A stretch of DNA of 64,000 bases from Bacteroidota bacterium (GTDB lineage: Bacteria > Bacteroidota > Bacteroidia > Bacteroidales > Paludibacteraceae): contig JAEWUM010000033.1 in NCBI GenBank assembly GCA_023459355.1, positions 68,480 through 132,479 of the forward strand, in the 5' to 3' direction. The position numbers were made by a program, and so were the translations under genes. The notes below the pieces were generated by a model. It saw nothing but the letters and a program-made list of their open reading frames with translations. It was not told the origin of the DNA and searched no databases. This document shows positions 51,001 to 60,000 of the stretch, one piece after another. Each line of letters begins with the position of its first letter. Position 1 is the first letter of the stretch.

Positions 51001-51290
51001 AAACATACCGCGTTTTACTGAAATTGCCTGCGACATCAGTTACAGAACAGGGAGATTCGACCGGAATAAGGTTCCGGCTTTACAACAGGAATAATCATGT
51101 TTACAGGATAGAATCTGATTCGGGGAGCGTGTTTAATTATACAATATTAAACCTGACCGGCTCTCTGTTGTTTGGCAAAAAAAATGTGATGTTCGCCGAT
51201 GATATTAGTTTACAGGATCTTCCGGGTGGAATTTATTTTTTAAATCTGCACTCGGAAGATGGAAGAAAGTGTATGAGGTTATTACGTTAA
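48078..51290 (+). CDS. Strongly divergent chondroitinase ABC-like PL8 lyase with T9SS CTD
   Basis: LNFKGWR N-domain, DQGWADGS, KPDYSGYHHRGPYYSAY, TGRFP, ENLYGRYLSYG, WDWSHIPGTT, ARKSVF; CTD ILNLTGS..LPGGIYFLNL. Confidence 0.85.
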   Translation: MKTTYIKYISFFLLFAFHLNAGTIYSFEDGMVPAVFKAKRGALSVSSQRAKLGSRSLRWNWIANDTLVAAPLSMNTASIQANGGITTWIYNENPANQKLVLWFYEYEFSTTRRCSLEVSLNFKGWRCIWARFRADMGHTGYTLRSMKWESPKSGSGTLYIDYLEFVDNVSWERISDLQYKVNNTSAELVDFVAVRNYPPQAPANIVTQEQKDAVQTLKKRIDDWHLGSGQFDDNPVFISRKNSFNSYVQTALNRVPDLSLETLPDGTVNGEGLYPMDFYNTVVDGVNVKTFRDVNEKYMIQLAYDAIKNDKASSRELILKIFDWYHDQGWADGSALGRLRFEMLRSSGFFHAAYLMRDAMTTDRYERVMKAFYWYSLFGNVYVTPENKGETADQIRALMMPKLLYAVAMQDEKQQVAALQSFKAYADNAFSPAQGYLGCLKPDYSGYHHRGPYYSAYYPDALYIGALIYYLLSDTPYALSTETYNHLKNGLLTFRFMCAGYDVPGATTGRFPTQTQVLDKLLPAYAYLALATETPDAGLTQAFKSYWFPAIEPLKSLISRVRSDITFKNAPGEVEKMLALSLSPLPAEKNPVGTKFMPYSGLLISRQSDWILTAKGYSKYIWDFESSSTENLYGRYLSYGHIELSNIKNGFKSYRPANAAWDWSHIPGTTTKYLTKDELNAQNNGALHRNFSDEAFLGGIAFNQTSSVFANHLHDNTFDKSFYARKSVFQFDSIYTCLGSGIKSSDNGHAVHTTLFQNQKVNASDVLLINGGESVQNQTGLTIPAIKDNYGNAYLVKEGSVSTELGSSFLTAFVNHGKAVKNGKYAYQIITGVSDEDLEVLSVSQNNPVEVLKFNESAHIVHHHPSKTFAAVVFDVSAAVNTGKLYGVNIPAIIVMQERDDTLEIAFSDPDMHRPSASDISSLSGDAIRAAGNVSTVSMELNGEFELISSDVDVSVLKTVPGKTTIEYAGAKAGETYRVLLKLPATSVTEQGDSTGIRFRLYNRNNHVYRIESDSGSVFNYTILNLTGSLLFGKKNVMFADDISLQDLPGGIYFLNLHSEDGRKCMRLLR

Positions 51291-51370
51291 TATTATTTAT
51301 TCAAAAAAAACGGGGTACCATGTTTGCGCCCGGTAATGATAGGTAGTCATAAATTATAAGTTATTTTTAT

Positions 51371-52924
51371 ATGCAGAAAAGTCTGATTTTAACATCTGTT
51401 GCGCTGGTAAGTCTGAGTTCATGTCATCAGCAGGCTTTGAGAAAGAAGCAGCCCAATATCATCTTTATGATGACCGATGACCATACCACACAGGCTATGA
51501 CGTGTTATGGTGGAACATTGATACAAACACCCAATCTCGACAGAATTGCCAACGAAGGGATGCGTTTTGATAATTGTTATGTCACCAATGCTATTTCAGG
51601 TCCTTCACGGGCATGCATTCTTACCGGAAAATTCAGTCATGTGAATGGGTACAAAGATAATTTCTCCACTGCGTTCAATGGAGATCAGCAAACTTTCCCA
51701 AAACTGTTTCAGCAAGCCGGATATCAGACTGCTATGATAGGGAAGTGGCACCTGATATCTCAACCTCAGGGATTTGACTACTGGAGTATTCTTTCCGGAG
51801 ATCATGAACAGGGACATTACTATCAGCCTGAGTTCAACGAAAATGGTAAAATCATCACCGAACAAGGGTATGTAACCGACATCGTTACGGATAAAACAAT
51901 ACGATTTCTGGAAAAACGTGATAAGTCTAAACCTTTTATGGTTATGTACCATCAAAAAGCTCCTCACAGAAACTGGATGCCCGCACAACGCCACCTGGGT
52001 AAATTCAATGATGTCGTTTTCAAGGAACCGGCAAACTTGTTTGACAACTACGAAACCCGTTCACGTGCCGCATCAGAACAGGATATGAGTGTTGAAAAAA
52101 CGCTCAAAGACCGCTGGGATCTAAAAATAGCCACGCGCGAAGAGTTAAATGATACGACCAATAAAGATAAGTTTTATCAGGCATACCACCGGATGACGGA
52201 TAAAGAAAAAGACCGCTGGGATCAGGCTTATGCCGGAAGAATCAAAGAATTCCGGGAGAAGAAGATGGAAGGTAAAGAATTGGTCAGATGGAAATATCAG
52301 CAATACATGCGCGATTATCTGGCAACAACACTCGCGGTGGACGATAACGTGGGGCGGCTGCTCAAATACCTCGAAGATATAGGAGAACTCGATAATACCA
52401 TCATTGTATATACATCTGATCAGGGATTCTTCCTGGGCGAACATGGATGGTTCGATAAGCGGTTCATGTATGAGGAGTGCCAGCGAATGCCATTGCTGAT
52501 CAGGTATCCTAAAGTAATCCGGGGCGGTTCATCGACCAATGCAATGACCATGAATGTTGATTTTGCTCCCACTTTACTGGATATGGCCGGTCTGAAGGTT
52601 CCCGCAGATATGCAGGGGAAATCTTTTCTTCCGGTGCTGAAGAACAAAGGTAAAGTTCCTGATAACTGGAGAAAATCAGTTTATTATCAGTATTATGAAT
52701 ATCCCGGAGAACACCATGTAAAAAGACATTATGGCATCAGAACCATTGATTATAAGCTGATACATTTTTATAATGACATTGACGAATGGGAATTATATGA
52801 TTTAAAAAACGACCCTTTTGAAATGAATAATGTATATCATGACCCATCGTATAAGGATATTAAGAATGCATTGATTGAGGAACTTCGTGCAACCCAAAAA
52901 GAGTTAAAAGTAGAAGAAATATAA
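51371..52924 (+). CDS. N-acetylglucosamine / N-sulfoglucosamine 6-O-sulfatase (S1_11-like), Ser-type lipoprotein
   Basis: PNIIFMMTDDHTTQAM, ISGPSRACILTGKFSH, HQKAPHRNW, SDQGFFLGEHGWFDKRFMYEE, YYEYP.EH.VKRHYG; resembles the Bacteroides heparin-PUL 6-O-sulfatase. Confidence 0.88.
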   Translation: MQKSLILTSVALVSLSSCHQQALRKKQPNIIFMMTDDHTTQAMTCYGGTLIQTPNLDRIANEGMRFDNCYVTNAISGPSRACILTGKFSHVNGYKDNFSTAFNGDQQTFPKLFQQAGYQTAMIGKWHLISQPQGFDYWSILSGDHEQGHYYQPEFNENGKIITEQGYVTDIVTDKTIRFLEKRDKSKPFMVMYHQKAPHRNWMPAQRHLGKFNDVVFKEPANLFDNYETRSRAASEQDMSVEKTLKDRWDLKIATREELNDTTNKDKFYQAYHRMTDKEKDRWDQAYAGRIKEFREKKMEGKELVRWKYQQYMRDYLATTLAVDDNVGRLLKYLEDIGELDNTIIVYTSDQGFFLGEHGWFDKRFMYEECQRMPLLIRYPKVIRGGSSTNAMTMNVDFAPTLLDMAGLKVPADMQGKSFLPVLKNKGKVPDNWRKSVYYQYYEYPGEHHVKRHYGIRTIDYKLIHFYNDIDEWELYDLKNDPFEMNNVYHDPSYKDIKNALIEELRATQKELKVEEI

Positions 52925-52941
52925 ACAAAAAACATAGTAGT

Positions 52942-54564
52942 ATGAAAATCAGATTTTTAAACGTATTATTAACTGCGACAGGTCTCCTGACACTCGTAGC
53001 CTGCAATTCCGGGAAACAACAAGCTGCCGAAGATAAAACTGACAATTACGATTCCCTGAATATCTATTTCGGTGATATTCATAATCATTGTAATCTAACA
53101 TACGGACATGGAGATATGCGTGAGGCTTTTGAAGCGGCGAAACAACAGCTCGACTTTGTGTCGGTGACTCCACATGCTGCCTGGCCCGATATCCCGGGCA
53201 GGGATGATTCCCGTTTGTCGTGGGTGATTGATTACCATACTTCAGCTTTCGAAAGATTGCGTAAAACCGGTTGGCAGGAGTATGTGCGCATGACGAATGA
53301 ATATAACAGGGAAGGTGAGTTTCTGACCTTCCTGTCGTATGAGTATCACAGCATGAAATATGGTGATCATGTGGCTTTGAATTACCGCCTGGATGCTCCT
53401 TTGCTGGAAGCGAATTCGGTTCCCGAACTGATGAAAAAACTAAAAGATGAAAAAGCATTTGTAACGCCTCATCACATGGGATATCAGGAAGGTTTCAGGG
53501 GGTATGCCTGGAAGTATTTTAATCCCGGAAAAACGCCTTTTGTCGAAATCTATTCTCGTCACGGTCTGGCTGAAGAAGACCTGGGTGATTTTACCAACCT
53601 GCACGACATGGGACCTCGTAATTTTGAAGGAACCATGCTTTACGGTTTGAATCAGGGACATAAGTTCGGGGTAATCGGATCGACCGACCAACATGCCGGA
53701 TATCCCGGAAGTTACGGCGACGGTCTTATTGCTGTTATTGCTCCGACCAATACCCGCGACGCCATTTGGGAAGCCATGGAGAAACGCCATGTTTATTGTG
53801 TTACAGGAGATAAAATCAAACTTGATTTCCGCATCAATGAAGCCATCATGGGGGATGAAATCAAAGGAAATAAAAGAAAAATCAGTGTTAAAGTAGAAGG
53901 TCAGAATTTTATCGATTACATGGATATCATTAAAAACGGCAAACGCCTGGTGCGTGTCGATGGTCCTTTCTCGAATGAAAAGATTGATAAAGATGTTGTA
54001 AGAGCTAAAATTAAAGTGGAATTTGGTTGGAACCGTTTTGATGAACCGGTACACTGGCAGGGAAACCTGTCTCTCTCTGAAGGAACCATTCATCAGGTTA
54101 CACCTTGTTTCAGGGGTGCCGCTTTTACTGCTCCGCAGAAAGATAAAATAGGAAAAACTGATTTGCATGGAACACTGGTCAATCGTATTCTTGAACAATC
54201 GGACCAAAAAGTGGTGTTGGATATGTACACAACTAAAAACCCGAACACACTTACCCCGGCAACACAGGCTGTAATTTTAGATGTAACCATGCCGAAAAAT
54301 GCAAAATTGACAGCCGATTTTAACGGGAAAAAATTTGAATATACCATGGAGCAATTGCTGAACGGAACTTATTCAAACTTCATGATAGGTTGGTTGAGTG
54401 AAGCCATCCAGTTTCACCGGGCTGCCCCGGAACAGGCGTATACAATTGAATACGAGATGACTGATAACGAAGTTGAGCAAGATACGGATTATTATTATGT
54501 TCGTGTTCGTCAGCGTGATAATAACTGGGCTTTCAGTTCTGCAATATGGGTTGATAAAGAGTAG
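52942..54564 (+). CDS. PHP-like metal-dependent hydrolase (DUF3604-like) lipoprotein
   Basis: Lipobox LVA-C; GDIHNHC, LDFVSVTPHA, SYEYHS, TPHHMGY, VEIYSRHG, GSTDQHAGYPG, TRDAIWEAMEKRHVY, YYYVRVRQ..WAFSSAIW. Confidence 0.75.
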   Translation: MKIRFLNVLLTATGLLTLVACNSGKQQAAEDKTDNYDSLNIYFGDIHNHCNLTYGHGDMREAFEAAKQQLDFVSVTPHAAWPDIPGRDDSRLSWVIDYHTSAFERLRKTGWQEYVRMTNEYNREGEFLTFLSYEYHSMKYGDHVALNYRLDAPLLEANSVPELMKKLKDEKAFVTPHHMGYQEGFRGYAWKYFNPGKTPFVEIYSRHGLAEEDLGDFTNLHDMGPRNFEGTMLYGLNQGHKFGVIGSTDQHAGYPGSYGDGLIAVIAPTNTRDAIWEAMEKRHVYCVTGDKIKLDFRINEAIMGDEIKGNKRKISVKVEGQNFIDYMDIIKNGKRLVRVDGPFSNEKIDKDVVRAKIKVEFGWNRFDEPVHWQGNLSLSEGTIHQVTPCFRGAAFTAPQKDKIGKTDLHGTLVNRILEQSDQKVVLDMYTTKNPNTLTPATQAVILDVTMPKNAKLTADFNGKKFEYTMEQLLNGTYSNFMIGWLSEAIQFHRAAPEQAYTIEYEMTDNEVEQDTDYYYVRVRQRDNNWAFSSAIWVDKE

Positions 54565-54568
54565 TTGA

Positions 54569-56839
54569 TTAAAACGGATACCCGATTGCCACATTCAGCA
54601 TCAGATTTTCTTTTCTCCAATCTGATGCAAAAGGATTAAATTCTTGTACCACCCAGCGGTTACCCGGTGAAAGCCAGGGTTTCCGCAGGGGAGTGGCAAG
54701 ATCGAATCGCAATACGAAGAAAGATACGTCAAACCTTAATCCGATACCTGCGCCAACTGCCAGCTCATCAATACATGTACTGATATTAAACGGTGAACCG
54801 GTTGGCGACGGATTTGAAGGTTGTAGCCAGACATTCCCTGCATCGATAAACAGAGCGCCTTTCAGAAAACTGTAGATGTCGAAACGATATTCGGCATTAA
54901 GTTCGAGCTTGATATCGCCACCTAATTGTGTAAAGCCGCTGGAGTTCGTTTGCTGGTAACTACCGGGACCGACAGAATTAATCGGGAATGCCCGGATACT
55001 CGACGGTCCGCCACTGAAGAACTGCTTGTTATAAGGCAGGGTGGCTGAATTTCCATACGCTTTTGCCACACCTCCAATGAATCGCAGGGCAAGCAGGTGT
55101 TTGTCGCTGAAACGTTGATACATACGGCTATCTATGCCAATCTTGACAAACTGGGCGTAAACGGAACCTAAAAGAGTGACCGGATTATCATTCGAAGGTG
55201 TAACTCCTCCGATGGAGCTAATGGCTGAAAATACATTTCCTGCTGATTCAGCAGTTATATTCAGGTAAAATTGCGTGGGTTTCTTGCTGATGGTTTGTTC
55301 GTTGTAGGTATAAGCATAGCTCATTCCGGCTACAAACTGTTCTTCATAACTCTTTTTAAGGATGGGGTTGGCGGCAAGCAAGTCCTGAAAAGCCTGTGAT
55401 TCGTTCATCAGTTCTGTGTTGCTGACACTCACGGGATTCAGTTCGTGATCACTTTTGATGTCCTTTCTCCATTTATATCCGTAATTGAATTGTACATTCC
55501 GCAGATCGAAATAATCCATCCTCCGCATAAAATTGTATGATAAGACTATCCGGGTTTGTGGTGTATACAAGCGATTTGTAGCAGGAACACGGAATGGCAC
55601 CAGTAAACGAGGGAAAATCAGTTCAATTTGAGGATTGAATGAATAAGAGAAGAGATTCTCGTTTAATCTGTTCAATTGAGCTTCAAAGGCTCCGGCCAGA
55701 TTCAGTTTCAATAATTCGGACCCACCAAAAGTATTTCTATTCAGTAAACTCACATTCATACGCGGACCAGTATAGTTATTCGATTTGGTTACCAAATCCA
55801 TTTCGGCACGTAAGGTATTCAGGGGCAGGGGAGTGAGGCGAATATCTGCATTCAGCCGGTTGCTGTCGGTTTCAGTGAAATGTACCTGTACAAACCTGAA
55901 ATTGCCCATCGACATCAACCGGTTCAATGTAAGTTGGTGATTTTGTCGTGTATACAATTCATGCTCATTCATAAACAGAGCCCGCTGTAAAACCGACGGA
56001 CGAATTGGCTTACCGTTTAAATCACTGATATAGCTTTTCTGATTATATGTTGTTGTATCTTTTATTGAGGATGACTGCAAGGTATAATGCTGATCAACCG
56101 AAACCTGTCCGATATAAAATGGTTTCAGCGCTTCTGCCGGTACGTCATTTTTTAAACTCAATTGCAGGTTGAAGGTATTGCCCCCGGATGCTAAGGTGTC
56201 AATCCTGAATATCAAATAGTCAGGATTAAAATAGAAATATCCTCTGTCTTTTAATAAAGCATCAATACGGATTCTTTCGTTTTTCAGCACATCAAGCTGA
56301 TAAGCCATGCCAGGCTTAATCTGTGATGCCTGCGTGTTTTCAGCAAGTAGTTTTTGTATGTTGTTATCTCGAATATTAATGCTGTATTCGTTCAGTTTGT
56401 ATGGGGCATGTACATCAGCCGTATAAATCAGTTGGGCTGTTTTCTTTTTTTCTACAATCTTGCTGGTAGTGCGACTGTTAAATACCCCTATATTAAATAA
56501 TTGTGTATCAATAATCTCCGATACGGCTTCTTTTCTTACATCACGCAACAACACCGGTGGTTCTCCTTTTTCTTTCAACCATTTTTTGAATTTGCTTTTC
56601 GGGTTTTCACCTGCTATCTGATAGAGCCATAACCTGGGTCGCATGCCCAGTAAGCTGCTGTTGGGTTCTGGTCGCAATGCCTGTGAAGCGGTTGACTTTA
56701 TACGGCTCTCATCAATTATCTCCTCGCTTTCCACATGTATTTCCGCACCGGTGTAAAGCAGTTCGCCTTCAGCCAGTCGCTTCGTACCTGTGCAGGATGC
56801 CAGAATAATAACGAGAAATATGTTATTTATTATTTTCAT
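54569..56839 (-). CDS. BamA/TamA-family outer-membrane protein (Bacteroidetes TamL-like lipoprotein)
   Basis: Lipobox LAS-C; GEPPVL, POTRA-like region, QFFSGGPSSIRAF, GDIKLELNAEYRF, FIDAGNVW, C-terminal NVAIGYPF; downstream of the tamB-like gene. Confidence 0.9.
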   Translation of the reverse strand: MKIINNIFLVIILASCTGTKRLAEGELLYTGAEIHVESEEIIDESRIKSTASQALRPEPNSSLLGMRPRLWLYQIAGENPKSKFKKWLKEKGEPPVLLRDVRKEAVSEIIDTQLFNIGVFNSRTTSKIVEKKKTAQLIYTADVHAPYKLNEYSINIRDNNIQKLLAENTQASQIKPGMAYQLDVLKNERIRIDALLKDRGYFYFNPDYLIFRIDTLASGGNTFNLQLSLKNDVPAEALKPFYIGQVSVDQHYTLQSSSIKDTTTYNQKSYISDLNGKPIRPSVLQRALFMNEHELYTRQNHQLTLNRLMSMGNFRFVQVHFTETDSNRLNADIRLTPLPLNTLRAEMDLVTKSNNYTGPRMNVSLLNRNTFGGSELLKLNLAGAFEAQLNRLNENLFSYSFNPQIELIFPRLLVPFRVPATNRLYTPQTRIVLSYNFMRRMDYFDLRNVQFNYGYKWRKDIKSDHELNPVSVSNTELMNESQAFQDLLAANPILKKSYEEQFVAGMSYAYTYNEQTISKKPTQFYLNITAESAGNVFSAISSIGGVTPSNDNPVTLLGSVYAQFVKIGIDSRMYQRFSDKHLLALRFIGGVAKAYGNSATLPYNKQFFSGGPSSIRAFPINSVGPGSYQQTNSSGFTQLGGDIKLELNAEYRFDIYSFLKGALFIDAGNVWLQPSNPSPTGSPFNISTCIDELAVGAGIGLRFDVSFFVLRFDLATPLRKPWLSPGNRWVVQEFNPFASDWRKENLMLNVAIGYPF

Positions 56840-56852
56840 TTTTATAATTATT

Positions 56853-56897
56853 GTAGAACCCACGGCCATGTAGAGACGCACGGCCGTGCGTCTCTAC
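56853..56897. repeat. GTAG-type REP-like palindrome, second copy
   Basis: GTAGAGACGCACGGCCGTGCGTCTCTAC (56870-56897) is a perfect palindrome, preceded by a degenerate half unit GTAGAACCCACGGCC. Confidence 0.85.
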
Positions 56898-57068
56898 ATT
56901 TCACATTTACCATTTTACGTTTCCCATTTCCCATTTTACGTTTCCCATTTTACGTTTCCCATTTCCCATTTCCCATTTCCCATTTTACGTTTCCCATTTC
57001 CCGTTTCCCGTTTTCCCGTTTCCCGTTTTCCTGTTTCCCGTTATTCATTATTCGTTATTCGTTATTCG
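56898..57068. repeat. Degenerate heptamer tandem array
   Basis: About 170 nt of TTTCCCA / TTTTACG / TTTCCCG / TTATTCG units; the last units overlap the tamB stop codon. Confidence 0.85.
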
Positions 57069-60000
57069 CTTTCTTAAACAACTCCTTCAACCGATTAAAC
57101 TCCCTCACCAAAACCGCCCCGATACCGGTTTCTGTCAGTTGTCCGTCAATCAGCCCTTCGTACTGATTTTTGCGGAAACCTTTTAATCTGTATCGTCCGT
57201 CTTTGGTAAGTTTATATTCGATAACCACATCACTTGCAATGTCATTTGCTTGATTTTGAGTCGCTCTTTCCCCCTCCAGTTCAACTGTTCCTCCAACCTG
57301 CACACTGAGTCTGTCATCAAACAATTGTTTCTTTACACCGACTGATAACTCGGTTCTGCCTTCGGCTTCTCCGCCTGAATAATCTTCATAAGATTGCAGG
57401 TCGAAATTCATTTCCAGACCGGGTATAAAGGAGGCACTTAGTTTATTCAACTGTTCCGATAGAAAATTGCTTACAGTAGAGCGCAACATGGCAGGCGTTC
57501 CTGCTGATTCGGTTTGCAGGGGATTATCCTGCGCGAAGCGGTTCAGCAATAATAACGCGAAAACCTGTTTATTCAAGGCTGATGGGTCTTCATTTAATTG
57601 ATTCAGCTTTTGTTGAACAGTTCCACCTAATATCTGCTGATTTTCAGTTGGAAGCTGAATTTCAAACCCAATCTCTGGCTGCAACAATTCACCCCGCATC
57701 TTTAGCAGTAAAATAAAAGGATATGCTTGCAGGTAAGGTCTTTTTTGTATATCTGTAAGTCCGCCCAACTGATCGGCAACTAAATTATAGGGTGCAGTGC
57801 GCACATTGTAAGCCGCATTGATGTTCACATTGGCATCCATTGGGTCACCATTCCAAACAATCGTACTGCCCTGCACGATGTCGAATTTTTTACGAATAAT
57901 GGATTCGAAAGTAAGCTGATAACTGCCTTCTTCTAAGTTGTAAGAGCCTGTCAGACTCATCTTGCCGCTTCTGTCCATCGTGAGGTTTAAATCGGCCTGA
58001 CCCTTTACCACCAACGAATCGCTCGAGGCAGGATCCATGAATAAACGCAGGGTGGCATTTTTATCAACCTGAATCACAGAGGATAAGTTAATACCGGTAA
58101 ATCCTGATTCGATTTTATTTGTTGTAATCAGACTGTCTTTTCTCTCTTCACCCGATACAAACGCTACCACATCTTCACCTTTGTAGGTATTCAACTCCGT
58201 ACGGGGAACGATAAAACTGACATGAGACCCTTCCAGTAAACTGACATCAGCGCTGACATCAGGCGCTTCCATGGTACCCCTCAGCCTGATTTTGGTATCT
58301 GTCAGCAAACGTCCATAAAACAAATCATTGTCTCTTGCTGTCGTATTAAACACCTGAAAATGATTGGCATCTACATTCAAATAAAATTTGAAGTTTGAAA
58401 AATCCGTCATCCTGATGGAACCATCCAACGTGAGCGGTTGGTTCTTGATGTCTCTGATAGTAAATTGTTTGAAATAAACACCTTCATTATCTACCCGGAT
58501 GGTTTCGTTGGCAAATGAAAGGGGATTATTCAGCATCACCGGAGTGGTTACTGCTTCATGAAATGAAAGTTCGCCATTCATAAGCGGTTTATCCAGATCA
58601 CCCGAAACATCAAATTGTCCGCTTACATACCCTGATGATGCACGCAGTTGCCCTGCCGCAAATGCTTCGATGGTTTTCATCCCAAGTGAAGCTATATTGG
58701 CTTTCAGGCGAAAATTGTTTTTGTCTTTTCCTGTATCATAAAAACCAGAGGCTTGTAAATTGTTATCCGCTCCGCTGATGTCGGCCTGAACATCAAAACG
58801 GCTTGCAACCGGATTTTGGGCAGTAATCCGGAGGTTACCAATGGGAACGTCCATCAGGATCAGACTGTCAATACCGGCATCTGCAACAATACCAAATCCT
58901 TCCTGCATTTTCAACAATACATTACCATTGAGTATACCTCCAACAAATTTATTTTCCTGATTGATTAATTCTGAAATTTCATCCAGACTAAAATGTTGCA
59001 TGGTTATCCGGAGATCATCTTTGTATCTCTCATTAACTGACGTAATTCCTAGTATTCCTTCTTCGTGTTGCATTTGCAAATCATGTATAATAAATCCCTT
59101 TTCACCCAATTGAATAGAATGCTCCGGATTGAATTTCCAGTGTTTTTGCATCAACAAGAAATGGTCGGGGTTGAAATGCAACCGGATATGATCTTTTTTA
59201 AATGCCAGATAAGTATCCATTTCCAATATGTCGCTTCTCAGTTTTACTTCGGTTTGACCGGTTAATTTAGTAGCCTTTATTATAATAGAATCGAGGGAGT
59301 AAGTTTTGTCGTTTTGGATTATATTTAAATCTCTGATTTCCAACTGTCCGTTGATGTCTTTAAGCTCAAGACCGGAAATGTCGGCCTGCATCCTCGTCTT
59401 CACCCTCAGGCTGTCTTTCATCAACTTTAGGGCGTTGAAATCAATGTTCCCAAGATTCATGTCCAATTGCAATCTCTCTTTTCCTTTGGTCAGGTTGGCC
59501 AGTGCATTTAAATCCACATCCAGGTTTGCATCCTGCATGCGAATACCAACATCCAATACTTGCTTTATTAATGTTCCATTTAATGAAAGATTCTGATACT
59601 GATATTGATTCAGGGATAGTTGATGTACATTTGCCTGAAAATTCATTGCCGTCGTTTTTGGGTCTGTTCCTTTGCCCTTTACCTGAGTAGTAAGACTAAT
59701 TGGTCCGAATTGCTGTTCGTTTTTCAATAATTTTCCAAGTTCAAATTGACTGATGCCAAAATCGGCTTCGAATCTTTCGTTGTTTTCAAGGACTGCCAGT
59801 AAACTTGCATCGCCAAAATCACTTTTTAAATTCACAGAGGCATCAAAAGCTTGTAAACCACCTTTGAAATTGATATTCAACTTGATGCGATCCGGCAGTT
59901 CAATCTTGTCAGGAAGAGCTGTCCCTGCTAAATATTTAATTTCTCTTTTGCTGAAACTTGCTTGCCGAATACGGGCATCTACCCAGAGTTTTGATATTGA

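Noticed and set aside
53440..54207. 255-aa minus-strand ORF
   Set aside because: Fully antisense to the metallohydrolase gene, with no recognisable motifs.
2740..54564. PUL as a genomic island integrated at tRNA-Pro
   Set aside because: The tRNA 3' end points away from the locus, and I found no integrase, transposase or duplicated tRNA 3' fragment.
56735..57166. ORFs with FPFPISH / SHFP repeats
   Set aside because: They are translations of the heptamer array, antisense to tamA/tamB.
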